From Chiloscyllium plagiosum (lineage: Eukaryota): a stretch of DNA of 64,000 nt. A model generated the notes under the pieces. The model ran no database searches. It was given only the letters and a program-made list of their open reading frames with translations, and had not been told where the DNA came from. The position numbers and the translations under genes are program-made. Shown piece after piece: positions 38,680-50,645 of this stretch. Where the stretch lies: contig NC_057719.1 of assembly GCF_004010195.1 (NCBI RefSeq), positions 65,033,866-65,097,865 on the forward strand, in the 5' to 3' direction. Within the stretch, counting starts at the first letter, position 1, and every line of letters begins with the position of its first letter.

Positions 38680-38983
38680 GGTGGCACAGTGGTTAGCACT
38701 GCTGCCTCATAGCACCAGACACCTGGGTTCAATTCCTGCCTCAGGCAACTGACTGTGTGGAGTTTGTATGTTCTCCCCGTGTCTGCGTGGGTTTCCTCTG
38801 GGTGCTCCAGTTTCCTCCCACAGTCCAAAAATGTGCAGGTCAGGTGAATTAGCCATGCTAAATTGCCCGTAGTGTTAGGTGAAGGGGTAAATGTAGGGGA
38901 ATGGTTCTGGGTGGGTTGTTCTCCGGAGGGTCGGTGTGGACTTGTTGGGCTGAAGGGCCTGTTTCCACACTGTAAGTAATCTA
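38680..38983 (+). mobile_element. HE1-type SINE, near full length
   Basis: ggtggcacagtggttagcactgctgcctca..ctgggttcaattcc head; tail ccacactgtaagtaatcta. Confidence 0.92.
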
Positions 38984-39489
38984 TTTCAGCTTTGATTCTC
39001 GAACCATTTGCTGTTGAAAACAGATGAAGTCGATTGGAAATATGGGTGAAGAATGGCCATGCCAGTTTTGCAACACACTGTCTCCTGATTATATTTTACT
39101 TTTGATTTAATCACTCAAGAATGAAACGTTTTTCATGCATTTCCCAGTATTCCTTACAAGTTAACACTGAATCCATTTACCTGTCCATATTGATTACGTT
39201 CAGAGCTACTACTCTTGGGCTGTTGCCAGAAGTGCTTTTGAAAAGTGTTGTCTCCAGACTAAGAGGATAAATCTCATTTTTGTTTGATGCGTTCCTTTTC
39301 TTCACATAGCTCTTGAGGTACAGCTGGACCTTTGCCATTGCTGCATGAATGAAATAGCATAATGGGTTTCTCTATTGGAATTCCTCCATGGTTTGAAGGA
39401 AGAATGTAAATAAGGCAGGTGAAAATGCATTTGTGATCCTCTGACTCCTCTAATTGTATTTGCAGAGTGAGGTGAATGCATTTCAGTGG

Positions 39490-40400
39490 GTTATAGGAGG
39501 GCTGCTTGCATTGGCTGCATTTTCATGACTGAACCATGTTGCACATTGTAAAAGTATAGCACTGCCAGTGAATGTGATAATCTTGGTATATTGTAGGGTG
39601 CAACTTCACCATGTCGATTTTTCTTTATCACTCTTCTTTCAATCTTGTTTGCATGCAATGATTCCCAAAGTAATTCAGTCAAGTCAGGTATCCTTGTGCT
39701 CTGTGTCATTTCGAGACCACATTGGGGTCATGAGGTCACATTTGATGATAGTGGGATGTTTCAGCACTTTTAACCAAGGATGGCCTGACTAGAAGACTGA
39801 CAGCCTTGAAACTTCAACATCATCATCAGGAAGGTGCAGGATGGAGAGGGAAAAGTGTCATTGCTGAGGAAGATCAGTAACTCAGGGATCACCTCAACAT
39901 GGAGTTCACAGAGAAATTTCAGGATAGCAAGGATGGAAGGCCTCATCAATCAGATCATGAAAGCCTTAAGGGATGTTCACGGAGCATGTGAGAGTTGGCT
40001 TTCTGGCCAATAGCCTCTTCTGGAGTCTCTGACTTCACCAGAAGCTGGTGGCATAGAAGTGGTCTCCACAAAGCTTGTGGCCTCATCATCCAATGAGGGA
40101 AATAAGTGGTTTATTTCTATCAAACCAATGGTAAGCTGCATACATGCAAACTGAATGATGAAACATGCAGTCTCACCTTACTATTGCACACTTTCAGCTC
40201 GCCACCTGCCCAGCTCAATCCCACCTCCTGCCTGCTCCCAGCTCCCCTCCAACCAGGCCATGTGCTCCCCTTCCTCATCCTGGTTGCTTCCAATAATACC
40301 CAAACTGCCTCCTTCCTGTACCGAGCCTGCCCCCTGCTGGATAATGTCTGCAAGAATTGGATGGTGGTGGAGCCATCCTGATGTTACTTTACTAGCCCTT
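39490..40400. mobile_element. Possible very old PIF/Harbinger-derived remnant
   Basis: Weak resemblance only: minus strand near 39540-39610 suggests an LQY....HN-like transposase C-terminus, and the block is GC-richer than its flanks. Confidence 0.25.
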
Positions 40401-41329
40401 CTGCCTCCATTCTCACCCTCGGGAGATGGGGTGTCAGTAAAATTCAATCTGTTCACATTGCTTCTCCCTTCAGTAGTTCTGCATTTTCTGTTGTAAATAT
40501 GCATTTCTGAGTGAATGATGAAAACTACCTTTCACTTCAACATTGTACTTTAATTAAAGCATAGAAAAATTTTATGTGACAATGTTTCAAATTTTGGCTC
40601 ATTGTTACAGTAAATATTTTATCTTAACAATGATTCTATTGGTTCTATTTACATCCAACCTAATGTACATGGATGTGTTCTGAAACATTCAGATGTAACC
40701 ATGCCAGATTCGTCACCTTTCAACCTGCCCCATTCTGTAATTTAATCATTGTCCATTTTCTAAAGGCATTGTTGATGCAATAATATGTTGTGCTCATAAA
40801 ACAATATGATTGCTTCAGCCACTTTGACCAAGTAGGAGGCTCAAGTAGCCTTTAAAGGTGAATGTTTTGTTGCAGGACCCATTTCCTAACTAAAATGTGA
40901 ATCTGCGTTTCTCTTCCTTGTGAGTTTATTGCGCCGTCTCTATGAATAACCCTATCAAAGGGAACATAAACATATCTCTTACTTCTGTCAGAGTGCCAAA
41001 CTGGGGTTTCATCTGGATTGCTCAGACCCATTTAGAGCAGACTGTGTTTGAGTGATTCATATAAAAGAGCTACTTCCTGTTGTTTTCATCAAGTAGAAAG
41101 GTTGGGTTTAAACAATAAGGAGGTAAATGCTGACCTTTTTCAAAACAGGTGCTAGTGAGTCAGCCGTCTGTTTGACATTTCTCTCAACTTGTATTTTCAA
41201 TGCCAAATATTGCACAAAGCCGGCATGTATGCCCACATACATTAAATAAACAAGCACAAAAATCGCAATAGTATATTGCGAAGATAACACCAGTTCTGGT
41301 TTGGTTGTGTGGTTACAAGTTGTCCTGGG

Positions 41330-41815
41330 GAGTTGATGATGCAGTGCTAATGCCACTGGATTTGTAGCCTAGGGCTAGGCTAACACTCTAGAGATGAGTT
41401 CAAATCCCCATGTAGCAGCTAATGGAATTTAAATTCAATTAATCAGTGTGGAGTATAAAGCTGATGTCAGGAGTAGTGACCATATCGCTTGTAGAAACTA
41501 ACCTGCTTCACAATCAATTCTGAAGAAGGGTCACTGGATCAAGAATGTTAATTCTGCTTCTTCTCCACAGATGCTCCCAGACTTGCTGAGATTTTCCAAC
41601 AATTTCTGTTTTTATTTCTGCTTTACTATTGCCCGTTAAGGAAGGAAATCTGCCCTCCTCCCATTCTGACCTACATCTGACTCTGGACCCACAACAAAGT
41701 AGTTGAATCTTAACTGCTCTCTGAAACAGACTTGCTTGCTACTCAGTTCAAGGGCAAATCGGGATGGGTGCCAAGTGTTGGTTTTGCCAGGGATGTCCAC
41801 GTCCCATAAAGGAAA
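41330..41815 (+). mobile_element. tRNA-derived SINE with CR1-like tail, interrupted at 41512-41617
   Basis: B-box gagttcaaatcc; ggaatttaaattcaat; aaggaaatctgcc; tail ttcaagggcaaatcgggatggg..gatgtccacgtccca. Confidence 0.7.
41512..41617 (+). mobile_element. Single-arm Penelope-like element (family D) with degenerate hammerhead
   Basis: Imperfect TSD ctgcttcac (41503-41511) and ctgctttac (41618-41626). aatt-CTGAAGA-A-gggtc-actg-gatca-agaat-GTT-aatt. Confidence 0.65.
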
Positions 41816-42784
41816 TAAATGGGTTCTAGCACATGATCTGACCTGTGAGCACAGGTCTTATTTTGTGTCTGAAAAATAGATGTGAACCAATGTGTACCTT
41901 ATAAGCCAGAAAGTATTTTTAATTGATGTTAGAAAGATTAATTGCATCTAAAGAGCTCAGTAAAATGCATGCATTTTCTGTATCAGCAAAAGTGCCAAAA
42001 CCAAGCGACAATTTAGAATCCAGAGTTAATTGCCAGCTGTCAACGGACAATTAAATAACAGAGAATGATCAAACATCCACAATTGTGTAATGATTACTTG
42101 TTTTTATAACTTAAGCAGTGCATTTTCAACTGAGTCCTGTCTAAGAATAGATAGTCTGGTATTGTTGGCTTAGAGCGGTTTTGCATTTAACAACATTGCC
42201 ATGGTAAAGTGCTTAAGTGGTGAAAGACTGTGCTTGTGCCGGGCTGTATTTCTTTCCTTGAACAATCCTGGTAACCTAGCATTGGGCACTGGGGCTTCAA
42301 ACATTTAACAGCGAAGGTTTGCAGAATGGTATTTTGAGACTGCATTGTAAAATTGTGTTACTATGTGGAATAAGTGAATTTAAGTTCATGCAGTATCTTC
42401 TGAGACTAACATTCTGTGTATTTTTTTCAACCATTTTATATTGTTTTGGAGGGGCAGATTGTGGAATAGTAACCACAAAGGAATATAAAGGAATCTTTAA
42501 GAGAAGCATTTCACAGCATGGATCGTTCTACATAAATAGTTTTGAAGTCATTCTACAACAACTTAGAAAATGATGGACGCGTGTTATCTTACAGCCTGGG
42601 TTATATCGGAGATAATTAATTGGAAGAGTTTCTATAATTGATTATTGACCTCTTTTGTCATGTCTTCAATACTCTTATTTACTGATTATTCCCTTCATAT
42701 CAACAGCAGTGAATATGGTTTTAGAATAAAATGACTTCCAATTTTCTTGAACTTGATTATTCCACATTCCACGCCTCCTCTCCA

Positions 42785-43031
42785 AAGAGTATCCCACCCA
42801 GCCCCTACATTTCCCCAGACTAATACACCTAACCTACAGATCCCTGAATACTACGGGCAATTTAGCATGGCCAATTCACCTGACCTGCACATCTTTGGAC
42901 TGTAGGAGGAAACCGGAGCAAACCCACGCAGACACGGGTAGAATGTGCAAACTTCACACAGACAGTTGCCCGAGGCAGGAATCGAACCCGAGTCCCTGGC
43001 GCTGAGGCAGCAGTGCTAACCACCGAGCCAC
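42785..43031 (-). mobile_element. HE1-type SINE
   Basis: gggcaatttagcatggccaattcacctg..ggaatcgaaccc..gcagtgctaaccac.gagcca. Confidence 0.9.
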
Positions 43032-43384
43032 TTTCAGAATTACATGTAGAACGCCTATACAAGTCCAACTACTTCACACAGGCACTGCAGAATTTTTCCT
43101 CCACAGTAACTGAATGCTCTGTAGACTCTTAACTTTTCATCATGCTCCTTAAAAATTTCCATAGCTGCTTTTAAAGCCTGGATTTATTCTACCATTCTAC
43201 ACAGCTCATTGTTTCTTGTTCTGCAGAATCCCCAGAGTTCAAAACTTTAATTGCTGTTTTTAAGAAGTCCAGTAGTTCATCAGTCTGAGTTTTTAAGTTT
43301 CATGTTTATTCGTCAGTTCTGATTCATCAGCAAGCCCTTCTCTTATTCAAGGTTTTACAGCCTCACAAGTCTGTCACTGGAAGT

Positions 43385-43704
43385 TAGAATCCTTAGTGTG
43401 GAAGAAGGCCATTCAGCCCAAACCATCCCTCTGAAGAGAATCTCACCCACCCTCAGCCCCCTACCTTACCCCTGTGTTTCCCATGGCGAACCCACCTACT
43501 CTGCACATTCCTGGACATTGTGGGCAATTTAGCATGGCCAATCAACCTAACCTGCATAGCTTTGGACCATGGGAGGAAACCAGAGCACCTGGAAGAAAGC
43601 GGCACAGGGAGAACACACAAACTCTACGCAGGCAGTTGCCCAAAGGACGAATTGAACCCGAGTCCCTGGTGCTGTGAGGCAACATTGCGAACCACTGAGC
43701 CGTG
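43385..43704 (-). mobile_element. HE1-type SINE, older copy
   Basis: Same layout as the 16026 copy, more diverged. Confidence 0.85.
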
Positions 43705-44906
43705 TTCATCTTGTCTTAATTGAAGATCTATCTTGGTTACATTTACTTCTATAAATTTATCATTTAGATGTTTCAAACCCTCATTCAAAAGTTCTACATC
43801 CTGTGACTGACGCCCAAGTGTTGTCACCACCTCATAATTTTCATTAGCAAACTCACCTTTCATATGTGGAAGTTGATTCTACACACTGATCTCTTCAGCA
43901 GGAGCTAGTTTCTGACACTAGTCTTGACATTCTTGCATTTCTGGTAGTAATCTTGCACTTTATCCTACCTATCCTTATAAACTTGAAATGCAAAAGCAGA
44001 AAAAAAATCCAGGAAGTTCTTCTTGCAAAATCTTTATTTCTCCCACTTAACTGTTCTCTTGAAACTCTCTGAATTTTAAACCTATCAAAACATTAGCTAA
44101 TATGAGATCCAGCCGTTTGATAGGTAATTTAGGAATAATTTTCCATAGTTTATTCAGTCCCTTTGTAAATTAACTTTCTACAAGGGAATGGGCTCATAAA
44201 TCCATCAAGACCACTTAATATTTTCTGTTCTTTAAACCATTTAAGATATATTCTGTACCGTCATCCACCATCAATGATTAATCTGGTCCTTGTTACTACT
44301 GAGTTTGGAGAGTGCACTGTCTGTCTCTAGTTTCACTACTCCACTGGCCAATATATATTTAAACTTTTTAAAAAATGTTTTAGCCACTGATTGATGTGGC
44401 TAATTATATGTACCAGGCTATCTATTTCAGAATACAAATCCACCAAATGTGTTCATTTAATATTGAATTATTATACACCTGTAGTAAAATAATATCAAAT
44501 ATTACAGGACATGTTCAGTAAAGATGTGGGGCTGGTTAGTATATAACATGGTCTGTAATAGTGCCTTCTAAATAATGTGGCACATGCACAGCAGTTAAAA
44601 GACAATTAAATAAACTTTGCAGACATTAACCTTAAAGAAAGTCAAATAATTCTTAATATTCAAAGAAAAAGGATAAGATATTTTTATGATTCCTGCTGAG
44701 GGCAATACTTGGTCAGATTCCTGAGTTAAACGTGATTTATAGATAATAAGGTTTGTTTGCAATTTGATTACCATGGTGATCTGTCATTGAAAGTACTTAC
44801 ACAGGGCTGCTAATGTACTTTTAACAAAAGTACTTATGTTTATTAGACAAAAAGAAAAAAGAAAACAAAGTTATACATGAAAGACAATTTTGAGAGATCT
44901 TATCAT

Positions 44907-45627
44907 TGTTTTGAGCCTAACTGATATTATTACTGGACAAGTCAGATCTCAGGCTGAAATCTGGCTTGATAGATCATATTGATTTTTTGGCTTTAATGAA
45001 CTGCACGTTCACTGAAATATATGCAGGTTTAATGTTAATAATAAACAACAGTTTATTATGCACAAGAACAAAAAATCAAAATAGAGTAAACCAAACCATT
45101 TACATGCAACATAAAAAAGATTTTAGATTATGCAGTAAAATACAAACCCATTAATCCCAAGGGCACTTCCTGGTACTCACGCCAGAGAGTTTCATTTATA
45201 TCATAACTATAGCGCTTAATTTAACTGTGACTTCAATTCTCAATAATGATAGTCTGATAACCTTTTTCTTGAGTCTTACTATAGCTGATCTTCAACTTTC
45301 TCAGCTCCAAATAGCCCAAGTAAAGTTTTCAATAAACTATTCTGGCCTGGAACTTTACAAGTAAACTCAAGACTCTTAATAGTTCTAGACTTTCATCTTT
45401 TCTTGGCAACAACTGTTACACCCAGGGAGTTTCAGTTAAGACTGCTTAAAAAAAATCCAAACTGAAACCCAAAAGCTTTTTCCAGCACAACCTCCTTATA
45501 GTTGTAGTCTATATCTTGTATAATAAAGGCAAGTATCCAATATGCTTTCTTAACTACCTTATCTACCTATCTTGCTACCTTCAAGGATTCCACAAATTAT
45601 TTTTTGGATCCTCAAAAATTTGTGACA
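44907..45627. mobile_element. Possible solo LTR containing a short CR1 fragment (about 45500-45590)
   Basis: Begins TGT and ends tgtgACA; reverse-complement AATAAA at about 45052. TSD not convincing. Confidence 0.3.
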
Positions 45628-46469
45628 CTTTCAACCAGACACAATACTTTTCAGCATCACATTACATGCATTTTCAAAATTGAGAACAAAAGCACACACT
45701 CCAAAGGGATTAGTAAACTCTGGCTGTTGGAATTTATACATTAAACAATGGGATCCATGGACCTGAGGCAGTTGGTTGTTCTAATCAAAGTTTTAATCTA
45801 TGCTTCATAATGTAATCTTATGTATTTCACATAAAATGAAATTGTTAACAGATAAAAAGGGAAGAGGTAATATGATAGCATTTGCAACATTTCAAACAAA
45901 ATGCCCGAGGGAATAGAGGGAACCTGTTCTGGACTAAAGCTATACACATTTCAGGCAGGTGTTTCACCGCCTGTGATTCCATGTCACCCAAGAGGATGGT
46001 GCATTAAATATCACAGATTTAAACATAATTCAAAAGTGTTTCATAGATCCCCTATTATTTAATGATTCAGGGCTGTTCAAATTAGTTAAAAAGACCAGGA
46101 ACAAATCTCTGGCCTACAATGAATTGTTTTGTGCAGAATAGCAGAGTTTCTACAATTGTTCTCAGTGTTCTTGGATGAAGGGAGCAAACATTGTACATGA
46201 CTATCATTCCCTGATGATGATCCAGTCATTTGTGTGAATGTTGGAGGAAGACAAAATTGCTATGGCCTTGATTGCTTCAAAGATTGGAGGAGGCACATTC
46301 AACAGTGGGAATTAGTATTATACTTGAAAAGATTGCAGAGCAATGGGGAAAAAGCAGGGGATAGGAATTGAATAGGTAGTTCTGTGGGAGAGATAACATC
46401 AACACAATAACAGCCCCTTCTTGGTCATATGTTTTTTATGCTTTTATGAAATGTAGGTATTATTGTTAT

Positions 46470-46770
46470 TATCTATCCTTAGCTGCTCTTAAACTGTATA
46501 ACTTTCTCAGCTATTGTATAGAGTAGTTAAGAGTGAACTACACAACTCTGTATTTGGAATAATATGTAGGCCAGATCAAATAAATAAGTCAGATTTCCTT
46601 CCCAAGGATGTAGTGCTGAAGCAGATGGACCTTTACAACAATGATAGCTTCATAGCTGTCTTGCCTTTACTTCCAAATTTTGATAATTGAATTTAAATTC
46701 CACAAATTATGTGGAAAGTGAATTTGTGTCACTAGGCTATATCCTGTGATATAACCACAATGACACCGTG
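46470..46770 (-). mobile_element. tRNA SINE of the 41330 family, decayed
   Basis: agttaagagtgaac..atgtaggccaga..cagatttccttccc..attgaatttaaattcca. Confidence 0.6.
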
Positions 46771-46818
46771 TCCTATTGCTCTGAAGCTGGATTCAGCTCA
46801 TAGCTCATAGAATCCTTA

Positions 46819-47058
46819 GAACATAGAACATAGAACATAGAAGAATACAGCGCAGTACAGGCCCTTCGGCCCTCAATGTTGCGCCGATCCAAGCCCACCT
46901 AACCTACACTAGCCCACTATCCTCCATATGCCTATCCAATGCCCGCTTAAATGCCCATAATGAGGGAGAGTCCACCACTGCTACTGGCAGGGCATTCCAT
47001 GAACTCACGACTCGCTGAGTAAAGAACCTACCCCTAATATCTGTCCTATACCTACACC
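46819..47058 (-). mobile_element. Young CR1 3' end with (gttctat)n tail, inserted into an HE1-type tail fragment
   Basis: (agaacat)x3; YRTDIRGRFFTQRVVSSWNALP. Host catagaatcctta (46806) resumes as ccttatagtgtggaaacaggcc (47059-47140). Confidence 0.85.
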
Positions 47059-47589
47059 CCCTTATAGTGTGGAAACAGGCCCTTCTTCCCAACAGGTCTA
47101 CACCAACCCTCTGAAGAGTAACCCACCCAGACGCATTCCCAGTTGTGATGTTCCATGATCCACCTCACTTGTTAGTACTTCTACTCATGTTTTAACATGG
47201 AGAATGATCATTTTGGTGAAATATTACTCCCCTTCACTGCCAAACAACTCCCAATTCTATATGTCTAATAATTCATCAGATGTTGTTGTGTTGATTAAGG
47301 CTACAAGAGTAAATACCTTTGACAGGATGTGCTTGATGAATAATGACATTGTAGCTTTTTTGTTTTGCCTGTTTATAGATAACTTGTGGTTGAAAACATG
47401 TTAATTTTCTTTTGTTTTGTTGAATTTACACAAGAGAAAGCTTTCCAATTTTCCTCAAGTCTTTAAACAATGAAAACAAATATTGCTATTGATCTTTGTG
47501 TCGGTTCCTTAGACTGGACGCATGTACAACGATAGAGTTGAAACCGTTACATCTTTTTTGTTCTTTCATGGAATATGTTCGTTGTTGCC

Positions 47590-47865
47590 CAACAAACTGT
47601 CTTTTTTAGTCATTTCAGAGGATAGTAGAGAGTCAACCATATTTCTATACAGCTGGAGTCACATGACTGTTCTATGGTAAGGACTGTAGATTTCTTTCTA
47701 TAAGGGACATTAATGATCAAAATATGTTTTGTAATGACCACCAGTTATAATAGTAATCCATGGTGGCAGTACGAAGACAAGCTTTTAATTCAAATTTCGA
47801 ACCCTTGTCCCCAGAGTGTTAGGTTTAGACTCTTCATTACTAGTAACATTATCACGACACCATTA
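47590..47865 (-). mobile_element. tRNA SINE of the 41330 family, decayed
   Basis: agagtcaaccat..ctggagtcacatg..ggtaaggac..agatttc..atttcgaaccc..tccccagag. Confidence 0.6.
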
Positions 47866-49334
47866 TCTTGTTTACAAAATGCTGGCACTTCATAAAAAAC
47901 ACACTGCTGGAAACAGTGGGCTGTTCGCTTTAGGATGAATTTTTTATTGGGATTCTTCATGGAAACTCCAGGCCAACTGGATGAACTGGAGAGCCTTGAT
48001 ACAAATTCACTTGTTAAATGTAGTAACACTTTAAATTAGCTAAGAACGAGTTTAAGTTGTCATACCTCTTTTCCCCATAGATGTGCAGTGCTAGAGTTGA
48101 TAAGTGGAAGAAATAAAATTCACTGAAATGTACCAATTCTGAATAAGTCAGTTCAATTATACGATTCATAAAATATAACAAATGCCCTAGTTGTCCTGTA
48201 TACTCTGATAAATGCTTTTCAATTTTATTTTACAATAAACTATTTTTCCAGATAAAACCAAATTAAAGTGCTCTGTTACACTGGAGGAAGACAAGATAAT
48301 TCAGCAAGCTTGCTGTCCTCAAGTTATCTTTCCTGGAGCAAATACCAGCAATGCCCTCTGGTCACAGTTTTAAAATTACTGGTTTATAAAGAATTTTCCA
48401 CTGTCATCCTGTGAGGTCTAATCTACTGGTCAGTTGTTAGAGTATCCCCATTCATCCTTATCCTTGAACCTATAGCATTCATCAGAATGCTGCATTTTGA
48501 ACTCCTCAACTTTACTTAGGATAGGAGTTTGGGATTGTGCAACACACCATTTAATTTTGAAGAAGCAGTCAATTCTTTATCTCTGTCTGTCTCTCTGACA
48601 TATTTTGTTGCAATTATGTTTAGTTTCACTCATTGGACTCAGCCCCAAGGTTTGGAGCATGCTGCAAAGGCATTTTTCACATTAAAACTTGGAATGCAAA
48701 ATGTTATTTGAGAATGTCCACTGATGGGAATGCTTGGTTCTTGGGGTGAGCATATTTTGCCTGAGGTGTCTGCAGCTTCAGTTGCTAAACAACTGTCGTT
48801 GAACTCCGGTGACCTGTACCAAGTGACTCTTTGGCTTGTGTTATCCTCCTGCTGAAGCAGCCACTTGGCAGCAATTTATATGCTATTAGCTTTGTGACCT
48901 TATTTTCTCTGTTTCTTTCCTCGTCTCTCCCTGCACTGCTGATAGGTGTATGTGTGAGACTCAATCTCCGAGTACTGAAGAGGCAGTCTACCCTGTTTCA
49001 GCAAAATAACATCAGCTCCCATTCAAGTAAACATGACAGAACTCAGGGTTTGGCAGCACAGGAAAATGTTTAACGGAGCATACAGGTTATTGCATTGCAG
49101 TGTAATATACTTATAAATACAGAAGAAGTGAAGATTTTAAGAAAAGATTTATTTGTCTGTTTACAACATCTCCTAAACCTACAACTTCTGCCACATAGGA
49201 AAACAAAGGTGAACAGGAACTATTTTGGCTACTGTTAAGTTCCTGTTCAACTCTGCTACGTGTTTCCTGTTCTTAAGCTCCATGTATGTTAGGAGATGCA
49301 GAGGTGGTCCTTGCTCCACACCTTGACAAGAGGC

Positions 49335-50645
49335 CTGCTTAGCATCTTCAGGATGGCAATCTGTAACTACTGGAGTGCCACAGGGATCAGTGCTGGACCC
49401 ACATATGAATGACTTGCATGACAGAAGTAATGTACTTTTGCCAAGTCTACAAATGATCCAAAAATAGATGGGAAGACAGGTAATGAGGATGACACAAAGA
49501 GGTATATGAAGAGCTTGAGTGAGTGGGCAAAAACTTGACACATGGAATATAATATGGGAGAATGTGACGTTATGTATGGTGGCAGCTCTTCAATAAAAGC
49601 TGATTGTTATTTCAACAGGGAAAAACTGCAGAAAGCTGTAGCACAAAGGGACTTGGCTGTTCTAGTGCATAAATCACAATAAACTAGCATTCAGCGGGTA
49701 CTCAAGAAGGCAAATGGAAAGTTTATCTTCATTTCAAAAGGGAATGGATCATAAAAGTGGGCAGGTCTGGCGAAAATATCCAAGGCATTAGTAAAATCAC
49801 AGCTGGAATACCGGGAGTAATTTTGTTCCCCTAATCACGGCACGGTGGCTCAGTAGTTAGCACTGCTGCCTCACAGCACCAGGGTCCCAGGTTCAATTCT
49901 AGCCTCGGATGACTGTCTGTGTGGAGATTGCACATTCTCCCCGTGTCTATGTGGGTTCCCTCCGGGTGCTCTGGTTTCTTCCACAGTCCAAAGATGTGCA
50001 GGGCAGGTGAATTGGCCATGCTAAATTATCCATAGTGTTAGGTGCATTAGTCAGAGGGGAATGGGTTTGGGTGGGTTACTCTTCAGAGGGTCAGTGTGGA
50101 CTTGTTGGGCTGAAGGGCCTGTTTCCACACTGTAGGGAATCTGATCTAATCTAATCTAATCTGAGGAATGATATAGTGGCATTGGAGGCAGTCCAGAGAA
50201 GGTTCACTTTGTAGATCCAAGGGATGGAGGAACTTTCTTATGAGAACAGGTTGAGTAGGTTGGGCTTATATTCATTGGAATTTCGAAGAATGAGAGGAGA
50301 TATTATTGAAGTCTGTAAGAATTGAAACATACTAGATTCTTAGGGGGTTTGACAGCGAGGATACAGGGAGGTTGTTTCCCTTGTAGGCAGGTTTAAGATC
50401 AGAGGGCAGTATACCAGGGTAAGGCAATGCCAACTTAATCCAGAGATGAGGAGGAATTCCTTCTGTCAGAGGGCATTGAATCTATGGAATTCTTCATCAT
50501 TCAAGGCGGAGATCCAAAGATCTCAGGGCATCAAGGGTTATGGGGAAGAAGGAGAGGCAAGTGTAATTGAGGATTATTGGATCAGCTATTGAAAGGCACA
50601 GTGGGTCAAATGGCTTACTTCTGTTCCTAAATCACATTGTCTTAC
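49335..50645 (+). mobile_element. CR1 LINE fragment with nested HE1
   Basis: ggagtgccacagggatcagtgctgg (GVPQGSVL), gagtgggcaaaa, gtccagagaaggttcac, then 3'UTR to about 50645. Confidence 0.85.
49838..50160 (+). mobile_element. HE1-type SINE, full length with (ctaat)n tail
   Basis: cggcacggtggctcagtagttagcactg head, ggttcaattc B-box, tail ctaatctaatctaat; ctaatc on both sides. Confidence 0.92.

Noticed and set aside
38680..38760. tRNA genes at the HE1 heads (also 16280, 42980 and 49838)
   Set aside because: A and B boxes are present but run into the SINE body and tail, so these are SINE heads.
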